Assembly (NCBI RefSeq): GCF_001194135.2
Contig: NC_068994.1
Coordinates: forward strand, 58,637,395-58,677,492
Direction of reading: 5' to 3'
DNA: 40,098 nt
DNA from: Octopus bimaculoides
Taxonomy: Eukaryota
In this document: piece by piece, positions 22,102 through 36,518 of the stretch
How positions within the stretch are numbered: position 1 is the first letter of the stretch
Layout of the letters: each line of letters starts with the position of its first letter
Program-made: the position numbers and the translations under genes
Notes under the pieces: model-generated
The model's input: only the letters and a program-made list of their open reading frames with translations
Database searches by the model: none
What the model was told of the DNA's origin: nothing

Positions 22102-22658
22102 NNNNNNNNNNNNNNNNNNNNNNNNNNNNNNNNNNNNNNNNNNNNNNNNNNNNNNNNNNNNNNNNNNNNNNNNNNNNNNNNNNNNNNNNNNNNNNNNNNN
22201 NNNNNNNNNNNNNNNNNNNNNNNNNNNNNNNNNNNNNNNNNNNNNNNNNNNNNNNNNNNNNNNNNNNNNNNNNNNNNNNNNNNNNNNNNNNNNNNNNNNN
22301 NNNNNNNNNNNNNNNNNNNNNNNNNNNNNNNNNNNNNNNNNNNNNNNNNNNNNNNNNNNNNNNNNNNNNNNNNNNNNNNNNNNNNNNNNNNNNNNNNNNN
22401 NNNNNNNNNNNNNNNNNNNNNNNNNNNNNNNNNNNNNNNNNNNNNNNNNNNNNNNNNNNNNNNNNNNNNNNNNNNNNNNNNNNNNNNNNNNNNNNNNNNN
22501 NNNNNNNNNNNNNNNNNNNNNNNNNNNNNNNNNNNNNNNNNNNNNNNNNNNNNNNNNNNNNNNNNNNNNNNNNNNNNNNNNNNNNNNNNNNNNNNNNNNN
22601 NNNNNNNNNNNNNNNNNNNNNNNNNNNNNNNNNNNNNNNNNNNNNNNNNNNNNNNNNN

Positions 22659-22870
22659 TGGTAGTGGTGGTGGTGGTGGTGGTGGTGGTGCTCGTCGTCG
22701 TCGTCGTCGTCGTAGTAGTAGTAGTAGAAGTAGTAGTATGAAAATTAGATTAACAATAAGAGTGATGTCCGTAGTTTCCCCTACGTTGCTAGTAATAACA
22801 ACAATCATCACAGCATCAACAATGAGAACACAACAGCAACAGCGATAACAAGAACAACAGCAATAGCGAG
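22659..22870. repeat. Compound (GGT)(GTC)(GTA)/(AAC)-type trinucleotide repeats
   Basis: Directly visible after the gap. Confidence 0.9.
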
Positions 22871-23099
22871 AACAACACCAATCGTTTGTTAGCTTCAAAG
22901 GAGAGTAGGAGAAACTGAAAATGAGAAGGAAAGGAACGCGGAAAAAGAGGTAAAGTATGTTTCTGGTGACTTTCTAGTTTCTTTCCGCGAAGTGTTCGTC
23001 GGATAAGAACAGTGTCCTACCTCCCCTTCTCCTGTGACAAAGAAGAGTCTTCAAAAAGAGAGTTTTTAAAGATCATCTGCGATGCAAGAAAATAACAAG

Positions 23100-23450
23100 A
23101 CATCTGTTACATCAAATAAAACTAGAATTTTGGCGATTGAAATAAGGGTAAGCAGCTTAAAAGACTCAGTAATCGTACATTATATAACTTGTAGAGAGGC
23201 ACCCTAATGATGGCGGAAAGAAAATATGTGAGAGAGAAACAACCAGGGCGATGAAATTGATTCCTACTTAATGGTAACTTTCACTAAACTGTGTGGGGAA
23301 GTGGTGAGCGTACGAGCAGCCTACAATGGACCACAAAGAAGATATGTATTCTATTAAAGTTCAACCTTTAAATAAGTCTGGCTGGTAGTGCACAGTAGAA
23401 AAGTCAAGTGTTATATGTGTGATAGCAAAAATTACTCGAGGCCTTTAAGC
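23100..23450 (+). mobile_element. Possible decayed LINE ORF1 (zinc-knuckle) remnant
   Basis: GDEIDSYLMVTFTKLCGEVVSVR.. and VHSRKVKCYMCDSKNY resemble Tx1/L1-type ORF1 (..GEV..VR; CxxC knuckle). The match is weak. Confidence 0.3.
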
Positions 23451-25039
23451 TCGTAAAAAAAAAAAAAACAGCAAAAAAAAAAAGGTTGTAGAATCAACAA
23501 CAGCCGGGTCTTGAGATGAAAACCAGAGGCACAGATGAAGTCTGCCGCACAAGCACTAGCACGTTCCAATCCGTTATGACTCATTCTTTAATCAGGAAAT
23601 ACTTTTATTGATGATATTAGGAATCGTTTGGTGTTCATATCCCTATCTTTGTGGATCAGTACATCCGAGAATAGTCATTTTGTGATACAATGAGATCTGA
23701 TCTGGCGTATGTTTATATCATTTCTAATCTGTCGATAATTCCTTATAATCGTGTATATGTATTATCTATTGGTTAATACCGGAGATCCAGAAACAAAACG
23801 CTTAATCGTTTCTACTCTATCTCCTAATATTCTGCAAATATTTAATGTATTCAGCATTATTACTTTTGTCTCATAGCTTCTGGTGGGGAAAGTTTTGATT
23901 CTGTCATACAATGGAAAAATACTTTCGATCTCAATAGCTTCGGCTTTAGCTTTGAGTTGTGCTACTCTCAGTTAGTGTTAAGAATTATCTTCATATATTT
24001 CTACCATATTCGAATTTCTCCGGTATTGACGATGCAGAATTTTATTGCTATAGGTTTAGCATGATATGCCGTAACACTAGTTTAGCCTGCAACAAATTAA
24101 TGTATAAACTGTATACGAAACGGAATCTTTCATTACACATTCACATGCACAAGCACACCTACACACAAGCACACCTACACAAACGCACACCTATACACAA
24201 GCACACCTACACACAAGCGCACACTCATATACTCATTTCCTTAAAGCGTACTATAAGGAGCAGTTTAACAAAAGTGAAGGGTTACGGACTCAAGCACGTA
24301 TTCTTAGAAACACATCACACAACACAAACACAAACGCACATTCAAAGTAACATATACTTATACATACATGTAAACACGCTCACGCACATACACATAAACA
24401 GAAGCAAACACATACACATTTAATACTCACATACACACATATGTGTGTGTATGTGTTTGTTGGTAATTGTCTGTGTATGTATTAGTGATATGTTATATAT
24501 GTGTGTGTATAAATAATAATAACTTGTATAAATATAAACAATTAAAAAAAAATAAGATTTTAAAAAGTAACGAAAAAGAGGAATTAGAAAAAAAGGCAAG
24601 AACAAAACAGATGGCCGCCATAACGTAAGTGAAAGTGATTTTCTGGTCGGCAGCACATGTTGAATTATGTTAAACTACAAAGACCACATCTATCCACTAC
24701 TTTCACCTACAGAGACTTCATTAAACGTGTATGTGTGTATGCGTGCCTGTATGTGTGTATGTATGAATTTAAGTGAGTATGTATGTATGTGTGTTTGTGT
24801 GCGTGCGTATGTGTGAAACCCATATTTACATACAACTACTGATACTTTCACATATATACATATTTAAATATTTGTGGGTGGTTAGATGTATATGTGTGTG
24901 GCTTGGTTTATATTATATTTATCTCTGCATAATTTTGTGCGTACATGCGCATATCTTTTCCTCCATCTCCCTAGTTGTCTCTCTTCCTTTGTTTCTCCTC
25001 AGTACATATGGATGGCGTGTGCTCATTTATATATATATA

Positions 25040-25076
<37 letters not shown>

Positions 25077-25183
25077 ATGCGAGCGCGCGCGTATATTTGT
25101 GTGTGTATGCAAACAAGTGTGTAGTATATATATAAATATATATATATCTGCATATATGTACTCACAGACATATAGACACACAT

Positions 25184-25216
<33 letters not shown>

Positions 25217-26901
25217 TATATANNNNNNNNNNNNNNNNNNNNNNNNNNNNNNNNNNNNNNNNNNNNNNNNNNNNNNNNNNNNNNNNNNNNNNNNNNNNNN
25301 NNNNNNNNNNNNNNNNNNNNNNNNNNNNNNNNNNNNNNNNNNNNNNNNNNNNNNNNNNNNNNNNNNNNNNNNNNNNNNNNNNNNNNNNNNNNNNNNNNNN
25401 NNNNNNNNNNNNNNNNNNNNNNNNNNNNNNNNNNNNNNNNNNNNNNNNNATATATATATATATATATATAGATATATATTTATATATATAGATACACACA
25501 CACACACATCTGCGTGTATATGAATCCGTGTTTATATGAGTGCTCCCAATTGTATGGGCAAGCACTCATTGTTAAAATAATATTGATTTCTGAGAAAGAT
25601 TACCTCAGTTTTGGGGAATAATTAGAGTCTATGAAATCCAGCATTCATCTCATACTTACATCTTTTATTTATTTATTCATTTGGATCCAGAAAGTATACT
25701 CGATCTTTGCAAGATATGAATCCAGAGCTTATATCTACTCAACTAAATACACCGAAGTAGAAATATGACCATGCATACATAAATACATACGTACATACAT
25801 ACATACATACATGATCAAAATGGAGATATACACAAGAATCCTTTTACCGAAAACTGAACGCGACTTTCCCAATACGGAAACATTAAATTTTGACCAAAGT
25901 ATTTTTATTACTGTTAGTGATTGTTGACAATAATGACGTTGGTAGCTCACATACTGCACAAATCTCTGCAGATCTATCCAATTCAACCTCCAACTATTGT
26001 GATACATCTAATAGAGAGTAGTTAATAAACTTAGTGCCAGTAGTGAGCTTTTGAATTAAAACCACCCTAAAGTTTCGGCAGCGTCAACTACCTCAACCTT
26101 ATAGCGGTACAAAGTACAACTTGTGTCGGCCATGTTTCTAGAAAATAGTTTGCAACTACGTCCAGTGGCATCCATTCAGTGTTTAGACTAAATGGCCAAC
26201 TGCCAGAACCATCTCGATTAATACTTTCTCTTCCATCACTCCTGTGGGTTTTGTTTTAGCTTTTAAACGACTGCCGCAGAAGTTGCTTTCATGGGCATTC
26301 CTTAAATTGTCCGCATATGCAGACTCAGCTCTCCTTATCTGCATTTATAAACATCACTACTATCATCCGTTCGACATCTCGAAAATTAATACTACCCCTA
26401 GACTAAATTGTATATCCTTATAACTAAGTCAGATGTAATATTTTTAAAAAATAAGCAGTTGATTAGAACAAACAATAGGGCTTAGGACAAAATACCGACC
26501 GGTATTTAAAAATTACGTTTTACGTTCTATGCTCGGATCGATGAAATATAATTAAAAGTCAAATATTTCATTCCATTAAATCATTACTGCTACTGTTCAG
26601 ATTCGTAACACTATCTCTGTCAATTTTGCCTGTCATCCTTCCTAGGTGACTAGAATAAGGACTAATCAAGTACTGGAGGGAATCTAATCAATAATCACCT
26701 AACCATTATTTGTGGTCTGATACCTATACTAGGAATTGAGTATTCTGTAACTGTAATGTAATGACACAAATTCGATCAACTGTATTCACTCATCCACATG
26801 ATTAGTCCTTGTAGCTAAGAAATCAATGCGCACCAAATTCGTCATGTTGGGCAAAGCTATGTAGAAGAGGATCTAGACGATTGAATTGTCCCAGTAGAAC
26901 T

Positions 26902-26964
26902 CTTTTCTTCATTGCTGAAGAGAGCTTTTCTTCATTGCTGAAGAGAGCTTTTCTTCATTACTGA
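26902..26964. repeat. 23-bp tandem repeat (cttttcttcattgctgaagagag x2.7)
   Basis: Two identical units and one partial unit. Confidence 0.95.
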
Positions 26965-27148
26965 GAGGTATTCTTATAAACTAGAATCACATATCACCTA
27001 CGATATTACTCTGCGTAAGTAACATAATCTATTGTACACGTGTATGAGTGTATAATATAGGACAAGTATTACAAAGAATATAGTTTCCAAATATGTTCTC
27101 TTCAAATTCTGCTTCTTCATTTATATATATATATATATATATATATAA

Positions 27149-27366
27149 ACGAGGGGTGTTGAAAAGTTCCTGACTTTGAGTAAAAGAAAATACAGGAAGA
27201 TCAGGTAATTATGATTTTATTCAACATATTTTCCTCTCAGATTCACACACATATTGCAGCGGTTCTTCAGTTTTTCTAAGCCCTGTAAAAGAACTCGAAA
27301 GGTTGGGCCTCCAACCAGACCTTTCGTGACACTCTTAAAGCCAGAAGCTTTTCACCATCCCCACGT
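27149..27366 (-). mobile_element. Mariner-derived MITE (~218 bp)
   Basis: ~29-bp TIRs acgaggggtgttgaaaagttcctgacttt / aaagccagaagcttttcaccatccccacgt. The minus strand encodes LLQGLEKLKNRCNMCVNLRGKYVE*, a mariner C-terminus. Confidence 0.88.
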
Positions 27367-27384
27367 GTGTGTGTGTGTGCGTGC

Positions 27385-27430
<46 letters not shown>

Positions 27431-27849
27431 ATGCAAATTACTGATATTTTTTTAATTTAGAATCCACAATTCAATTGGACATCTATCGTACTTTGATCAT
27501 TCAAGCCGAGGGTTCAAGTTCGGCTACATATACTTTTCTGGAAACAAGGATATAGTACAGTGTATTAAGATTCGTTGAAGGGTTATCAATGCTGTCCTGT
27601 CATAGCAGAACAATATTTTAGATATACTATGTATTCGACTTTACCGCTTGCTTAAAATTTTTGCCATATATATTATGATTTTAATGTATTTTCAATAATT
27701 TTCCTAATATAGCCACAATGGAAGATAAAGTTAACTGAGCTACTATTTTGTGAAGGACCGCTATATATAGTCTTCTTTAAAGCGATAAGGGATAACAACT
27801 CTCACATAGAAGAAATGAAAAGTATAAAACAAAGAATATTTACACAATC

Positions 27850-28300
27850 CCAAGAACCCAAATACAATTTCAAATAATGCTATTTTTCATGGTTCTCTAT
27901 AAACCTCCAACGATATTATAGCTTTCAAATCAACCGTGGAATTTGCATAGTTAACGATAGTGTATGATATAAGTTTGACATTTTCGTTCCATACTAAACT
28001 ACCCAAGTAATTTTAACTTGTTCAATAACAGGAATTTTGGTCAGTGATAGAGAATCGATTTATATGTTTACTGATATGGGAGTTGGCGTCACATTTTTTC
28101 TTAGCATAGAGTCAATTTTTACCTGTAATTTTTCCCAATTGTTAACATATTTAATATTCTGAGATCGATTCAATAAGAAAATATTCTTCCTTGAGAAAGC
28201 TTGTTTGTACTATTTTAAAATGTCATCTATATTCTGTCTTTTGTAAAACAAAGCCTTCAAGGGACCGAAATCCAGTTTTGATCCTTGTTGAACCTGTTTC
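27850..28300 (-). mobile_element. Possible very old APE-type LINE RT remnant
   Basis: Scattered QGSKL..GP, NIDDILK and KIPVIEQVKLLG motifs appear in RT order, but similarity is weak. Confidence 0.25.
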
Positions 28301-29859
28301 ATTGCACCTAGCCTACTAATGTCTTTCAAAAACACAACAGCATCATATAGTCATTTACAAATGCGATAAACAAAATAAATTTATACTTCTTGTTGTTTCG
28401 ACTTCTTTGCAAAAATGCTTAAACAATTAATTAAATTATTAATGAAATGTTAATTTTAATAATTAATTAATTATAGTTTCTTTTCTTAAATGTTTTAACA
28501 ACTTATGAATAATTTGGAGTTTTGGGAGGGGTAACTCTAATCGCTTTTCCTTACAAAAAAAAAAAGAAAGACAAACAAAACGAAACGGCCAGATGAATAA
28601 AGTCTCCAGTAATTAATTCTTGGCTCTGTCGAAAGTTCATACCCTACTACAGACATTTCTTTGAGTCCCTGGGCAAGCTTTTGGGAAATATATTCTAATT
28701 GCTTCAGTTTACTCATCTGTAAAAGTGTTAACTAGAATTTCTGACAGAGTTTGCTATTGACAGCTTATAGAGAGGTAGATAGGATACTTGTCTTATCTCG
28801 ATTAACGCTACAGAAAAGAATTAAAGTTTACTACTAAAGCTACTTTAATTTTTGAAATTATTAGATAATTCCCAATTAATAACGTTAAACTAATCCGAAA
28901 CTGAAATTAATCCTGACCTTTTAAGAATATTACTGAATTACTAATATTTCCATTGATAGCTACCTGTGATCTCAAAAGAGAACAAACACTTTTAGAGCGG
29001 ACGTGTGTATGTGTGTTTGTGTGTTTGTACTTATGTCCTTGCTTGGGGTTGTGTGTGTACTTGTGTAAATAGTGAATAGATAAATACATCTGCATGTACA
29101 TTAATGATGCCGTATGTGTACGTGCGCTTATGTGTGAGTCTATTTCCCAACTACAAGTTGAAGTAATAGCATAATATTATCTTACATAATTGTTCTGCAC
29201 ACTAAAAGTAGGTAAAGTGCCACCGTACATTCGTTGCTGATTAAAGATATCCGTCTCCGACAAGGAGAAATGTGGCATATTTTGCTTATTCCGAGTTCGG
29301 GAGTAACTCGAAGCGCTAATGTTCAGAAGTCAACAGTATTTTGGTTTTCCAAACAGAATTTGTATGCTTGGCATTCACAACTGTTCTTGCATAACTAACT
29401 ATAAGCTGCACTTCACGACTAACACAATGTAGTACAACTAGAAAAATATTAAAACGATAAAAAGGGACAAATAAAGAATATTGGTATGACAAATAAGATG
29501 AGAAAAATACTGTTAAATAACATTGCATTACGCTTTAAATACAAAAGTCATACTTTCAAAAAAGTGGATTAATTACTTCCTATCAAATTTGTACTGTAAA
29601 ACACTGGTCATGAAATATCAAATGAACATTGTATATCCAATGATGAACCAGTGATATGTAAAAATTTTAAACAACTTTTTAAAAATTTGTTTGTCACAGA
29701 CTACGTGGGAAAACAAATGCTTATCGTTTATTTATACGTTAATGAATGGAAGCCATACTGGACGATAGGATAAGTAAAAATTTATGAGCGTGTTTTTTTA
29801 ATTAACATACATTTAGCTTCGATATGAAAATGAATACGCAGGTTTATTCCTCCTGATTT

Positions 29860-30140
29860 GGCGAGAGAGAGGGAGGGAGAGAGAGAGAGGGAGAGAGAGA
29901 GAGGGAGAGAGAGAGAGGGAGAGNNNNNNNNNNNNNNNNNNNNNNNNNNNNNNNNNNNNNNNNNNNNNNNNNNNNNNNNNNNNNNNNNNNNNNNNNNNNN
30001 NNNNNNNNNNNNNNNNNNNNNNNNNNNNNNNNNNNNNNNNNNNNNNNNNNNNNNNNNNNNNNNNNNNNNNGAGAGGGAGAGAGAGAGAGGGAGAGAGAGA
30101 GAGGGAGAGAGAGAGAGGGAGAGAGGGGGGGGGTTAGAGA
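29860..30140. repeat. (GA)n/GAGG purine tract around a gap
   Basis: Directly visible. Confidence 0.95.
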
Positions 30141-32195
30141 GAGGAAGTGACTGAGTGAGAGAAAATACTTGGCTACAGAAAGAAGATTTGTGGTTTTACA
30201 AGTTAAATGCGTGTTTATTAAAATCACATACTCGTAAATTTACTTTATATTTCTACTTATTTATAATAGTATTCACGTAAAATAAATAAGTTTAGTATTG
30301 ATTGTATCTTGTCTTTAATGTCTAACAACAAAACTCTGATAAGCATCAAATAAACTGCTCTGTGTTATTATTACAAATTGTACGAATTCGAAATTTTATA
30401 AACATTATATAGTAAAATAATGTATCAGTAATTATAGGTGCTAATTTTTAACATTACTGAAGCTGTCATGTACTATATAAGCAAAATGTGGAGCAACACC
30501 ATCACTAAATAAAATTAAACTATGCAGAAAGCAGACAGTGTTACCCCTTCTCAAAACAATACAATAGCTCTGTAATAAAATCGGGTTGACTATAATAGTA
30601 CAGAGTACACCAAAATCTACCCTGCAACATTACAGTTACAATATTGTAATAACTGCAATGCACCATACAGTATCTCAAATGTGCAATCTGTAAATTTATG
30701 GTAGAATATAACTTTAGTGTACAGTACAAATGCGTTCTACAATAATCATTCAATGAAGCATAAAAAACCCCGTAGCTGAATTTAAAAGTAGTGTACTGTA
30801 CACCGATACAGCACAATACTAAGATGTATATAGAAAGACCATTGTGCAGTGTGACAAAGGTACTGTACAGTATCAACACAAATATATTGTAGAGAAACGG
30901 TTTTGTACAGTGAATAAAAAGCAAATGTACAACTGCACAATATCAAAACTGCATTGTAACAGTGATAACAGCTACTTTAAGTGAGATAATAAGATATAAG
31001 AGAGAGTAAGCTACATTAATCTAACAACAGTTGCTGTTTTCACTTCTAGCACAACTCCGATGCAGTTTCCGGTGTCGGTTGTGTTTTATGTAGAAAATTT
31101 ATGCACGGCCATGTTTCCTCACACGAAATAGTCGGCCAATACGGTGAAATAAATTTCACTTCAGTTTTATCTTTAAAAAAAAATAATAAATAAAACCCGC
31201 GCAAGAACAAAGACACAAACGTAAAAAAAAAATACATATACCTCCTCTGATGTCCCATAATGCTTTACGTTAGACTTGAAATAGCCGAGCACTTCTTTGA
31301 TCTTTTGCCCATTCACTACTGTTCTTTAACTGATATTTTTTTCATTGAAAACCTAAACACTAAAATATGTCCAATAAGTAAAAGATTAAAGAATACAACA
31401 ATACAACTATTGACTTCCATCAATTCTGTTTCCCCCTTTGTGGTTTAGTCCCCGAATTTTTAAAGTTATTATTTATGATATAGCATTGAAATTCAAATAT
31501 GTTCTCTTTCTTTTATTTTCTGTTCCCTTCTTTAGCCTCTATTTATGCTTCTCCCTTTCCTTACATTCTCTTTCATTACATTCTTTCCCGCTTTGTATAT
31601 ATTTCATATATTTTATTCGTTCCCTAAAGCCGTTTCTATTTGGACATCAAAAAGACTGGCAGGTACCGTAAAATTCCGTTGTTTCTGATATTTCTTCAAA
31701 CATTGGTTTGTTGGTCGAAGAAATGAAAATAATACCGCCATTACTGAGACAACCTCGCTATTTATTAAAGATTACACGTGAACAAAATACAAGCTGTGAA
31801 TAAATGACGGCATGCAGGCGTTTGTATTTTTTTCTATATAAGACTCAGAAAGTTTAACCTTAAACCCGCCCTCTCCATCCTGGCATCCACACATCAAAAT
31901 GGCTTTTAATAAATTTCTTTCTGATAAACGAAATCTATCAAACCAGCCCTTTGATAAGGCGGCCTTTTTCTACAGCAACTTATTTCTTTTATGTGTCAAG
32001 ATCATAACGGGACTTTGTGAATAAGATAAGTGGAAAGAGAAAAATCCGAGAAATCTCCCTAAATTTTCACTTCATACTGATCTCTTGCACAGGAAAGGGC
32101 ATTTAGGCCATAAAAAGCACATTTTTTCAAGCAGTCACACATGAATTGTCCGAATATATAGATTTAACCAAGCAACGCAAAGTAAAGAAATGAAT

Positions 32196-32235
32196 GATAT
32201 AAACACTACCTGTTTCAAACAGGTAGTGTTATATC
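32196..32235. other. 40-bp near-perfect palindrome
   Basis: gatat-a-aacactacctgttt-c-aaacaggtagtgtt-atatc gives a 19-bp stem with one bulge and a 1-nt spacer. Confidence 0.9.
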
Positions 32236-33284
32236 GAGAGGTAAACGAAAATACTGGATGCCAAAATAATGTGGAAATATGAATCTGAAAGACTGAAATG
32301 ACTTAAAAGTCTAAGATTAGTGACGACCACTATAGAAAGGCGAGCTAAATCCACGAAGCGTTAGTAGGTATTTCACTTATATTCCTAATTATCTATGGAA
32401 AGGCGTCGCTTACAACCAATGTCCAAAGTCATCTATATTTCTGGAAGTTTCTAAAGAACTTAGAGAAAGAAAATACAGAGTGACTGATCTAATAATCGGT
32501 TGATAGCCTTAGATGATTATCTATATGTTTCCAGAGTTAGTCACCGCAAGCTGGAGTTAGTCACCTCTTCCACAAAAAAATAATGGTTGTTTCTGCTCAA
32601 ATGTTTGCGTTTTAAATTGATTGTTTATACATTCCTTAGCCTTTCTAGAAGAGAATAGCAATCTAAATGAGTTTTAATGACTACAACCGAGTATAAAAAA
32701 TGGATCACGAGAATTTACCGGTTTTTTCTAGTTTTCCATGACACACTTTCATTCTAAATAATGTTAATCGAAATCATTCTTATATCCCAAATGCATTGGG
32801 TGGATAATTAATTTTGCATAGAATAGTTAATTGTGCGGTACTTCTTCATATAATGAGATCTTAAAGTGTACACGGATCCTACTATTTTAAAGGAAAGAGA
32901 AAATAAATTGGTATGTTCGATCTTCATATACTCTTTAAAGCCATTATTGATATCAAATTAAGTGAACTTATTCAAACAATGAATCAGAACTAAATCATTG
33001 TCTTGACTATATGACATTATTTTTTTAGCAATTCAAGCACTGTTCTATGGACATATGAGAGTGGTGGTTTGTTTGAAAAAATACGGATAAGGTAACACAT
33101 TTGAATTATTCTATTTGTTCTTTTATTGAGCAAATATGTTGAGGGTGTTTGTTCTTTTATTGAGCATTTGTTTATACTTTTAGATGTATGTTTTTATACA
33201 AATTATTTATAAATTCACAATCTGCTTCGATGGAAAACGTGTAATTGATAAATGCTTCCCTTTAAGACCCTCTAAAAAAATTGA

Positions 33285-33790
33285 GAAGTGTGTACAGCTG
33301 CGATCTACAACCTTAACATATATGAGGAAGACTATCTTGCAGGGAGTGCACTGTGTGCTGATTTCGTAGAACGCATCCGCATTGCTCTCTGTGATGAAGC
33401 AACACTTCAGAAATGTGGGAAATATAAATTCCCATGATTATCGTATCTGGGCGGATGACCGATTAAGTAGGCCTTATTTTGGGAAAAGAACTCATCTACA
33501 ATTTATATCAGGATAAATATAACAAAACCCAAGTCTTTCAAGCCGTTTTTCTTTGCCGAAACTACAGTCACAAGACCATATTATCGCAACACTTTGCAGC
33601 AATTTCTTAACCTTAGTTAATTTCAAATAAGATCATTATCACTGCCGTACTTCACACTTTGTCGTTATATATATCACAACTGTTCGTACTTGCATGAGAT
33701 ATTTCCAAATCAGCAGATTGGATGTAAGAGGAACAGACCGAGGCCAGCTCTGATTTCTTTGCTTGGAATTTTACCAAATAACGATGTGAC
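33285..33790 (+). pseudogene. Decayed Tc1/mariner-superfamily transposase (maT/rosa-like catalytic region)
   Basis: IALCDEATLQKC/GNINSHDYRIWADDP (cf. FSDEATFHL.G.VN.HN.RIW..ENP), KPFFFAETTVT..Y...LQQFL, EIFPNQQIG and SDFFAWNF (cf. PxDFFxWG). Confidence 0.72.
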
Positions 33791-34560
33791 GCGGATCAAT
33801 TTCATATTTCTTTTGATAAAATGAATAACTGAAGTGAGATATTTCGTTTCAGTGCGTTTATTTTGTAATATCTGTATTCAAATCTATGTTTAAAATGTAC
33901 TATTCTTCTTTCAGGGTTACTAAAGTAACGACCAGAAATGTACTGCAAACGACTTGTTATTCTTTCTAAACCACCACGGCCGCCACAGCCGCTACTACTA
34001 CTACACTGCTGCTGCTGCCATTGTCGCTGCCACCGCCTCCTCCATCGCCACCTCTACCGACGCCACCACTTCTCCTGTTATTATATTTCACTCTATTTCT
34101 AATTTAACTTGCATCGTATGTTCCATATTTTTTTCTTGAAAATTTATGGGTATTTTCTTAATATAAAATATATTCTGCCAGTTTCATTCACATCACCGAC
34201 GTCGTCGTCGTCGTCGTCATCTCCATCAACACTGTCACCACTAATATCAGCAACGGCGGCGGCGGCAACTTCGTCGTCCTCTTCATTGTTATCATCATTT
34301 TCGTTTGATATAGTAATAACGAGCAACATCCTCAGCTGTGATCAAAAAAGAAAACGTGAAATCTTGCGAGCGTTCTATTGAATCTTTACTATTGTTGTTG
34401 TTACTCCTACTGTTGTTCACATGGCTGTTGATGTTACTAAAGTCATCATTGTAGTTTTTCTTCCTTTAGAAAACTTCAAATTTAAAGTAACTAAGTTCAG
34501 CTGTCATGTATTTAAGACAAAAAAACAACTATATCGCGTAGTAATAATAATAATGATAAT

Positions 34561-34971
<411 letters not shown>

Positions 34972-35326
34972 TGAATATTTTGAATTAGATAATCAGATAT
35001 TTTCTTAAANNNNNNNNNNNNNNNNNNNNNNNNNNNNNNNNNNNNNNNNNNNNNNNNNNNNNNNNNNNNNNNNNNNNNNNNNNNNNNNNNNNNNNNNNNN
35101 NNNNNNNNNNNNNNNNNNNNNNNNNNNNNNNNNNNNNNNNNNNNNNNNNNNNNNNNNNNNNNNNNNNNNNNNNNNNNNNNNNNNNNCAAAAGAATACAAG
35201 TCATATAGAATTAGTGAAAATTTCTTTTGAAATTTCTAAAATTTCGAAATGAAAAGTTGAAACTTGTTTTGACATTGATCTCCATTGGTGACGGGCAAAA
35301 AATGAAAAAATATCTTCGTTTGTTGC

Positions 35327-35368
<42 letters not shown>

Positions 35369-35689
35369 CATTGTCTTGAAGTTTCTGGTGATAACGAGGA
35401 AAATGATGATGATGATGATAGTAGTACATTTGGTGTAAATGATGTCATATTTGTTGCTGTTGTTGATATTGTCATTGCCAATGTTTTATCATTGTTGTTG
35501 CTATCGTGCTAATGGTAGGGGTGATTTTATTTTGTTTCTATTGGTGCTATTATTATTGTTGTTATGTTGTTAATGCTGTCGTGTTCTTAGCGTTGTTGTT
35601 GCATTGCGTTTATTCTTTGTTGTTGTTGTTTCAAAAAAAATATTATTATCACTGCAGGTGCCTTTTGTTTTCTCATACCGAAGGCCTAA

Positions 35690-35792
35690 TTGTGATTGTT
35701 GTTGTTGTTGTTGTTGTTGTTAAAAATTATGATATTGACGATCGTGATGATGACGACAATCATGTTTATCATGATTATGGTGGTGATGATGG

Positions 35793-35824
<32 letters not shown>

Positions 35825-35941
35825 ATTATTATTATTATTGTGGTGATAATGATGATGATGATGATGATTAGGAGGAGGAGGAGGAGGAGGAGGAGGAATA
35901 GAAAGAGGATGGAAGGGGAGGAAGAGAGAGAGAGGAGGAAG
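35690..35941. repeat. Compound (GTT)(GAT)(TAT)(GGA) trinucleotide repeats
   Basis: Directly visible. Confidence 0.93.
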
Positions 35942-36375
35942 NNNNNNNNNNNNNNNNNNNNNNNNNNNNNNNNNNNNNNNNNNNNNNNNNNNNNNNNNNN
36001 NNNNNNNNNNNNNNNNNNNNNNNNNNNNNNNNNNNNNNNNNNNNNNNNNNNNNNNNNNNNNNNNNNNNNNNNNNNNNNNNNNNNNNAGAGAGAGGAGGAG
36101 GAGGAAGAGAGAGAGAGAGAGAGAGGAGGAGGAGGAAGAGAGAGAGAGAGGAGGAGGAAGAGGAATAAAAAAGAACACGTTGATGATGGCAGTGGCAAGT
36201 GCGTAAACAAAGTTAGCAAAAGTGGAACAAAATGAAATATAAAAATGATAATGACAATGGGATGCAGTTGTTTGTCACAATAATTATATCAACACAAACA
36301 TACTGAACATTTCAAACATATATTCTTCCTGCTATCATTAAATTCTACCAAGAAAAATGTCTTTCTTTAGAAGTA

Positions 36376-36491
36376 GTTGACGTCAACATTTATTTCAGCC
36401 TTTCAGGGTCACTGAAAGTCCTGGCTCAAAGATATAAATTACCCTACCATCACAGCCCCCTAAATTCAGGCCTTATGCCTATAATAGAAAG
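36376..36491 (+). mobile_element. SINE family A, decayed 3' half
   Basis: tcagcctttcagggtc.. and ccccctaaattcaggccttatgcctataatagaaag match the family-A 3' end. Confidence 0.6.
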
Positions 36492-36518
36492 CATCGTCAT
36501 CATCATCATCATTATTAT

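Noticed and set aside
26140-26450. Possible CR1 3' end on the minus strand
   Set aside because: Similarity is too degraded to distinguish from chance by eye.
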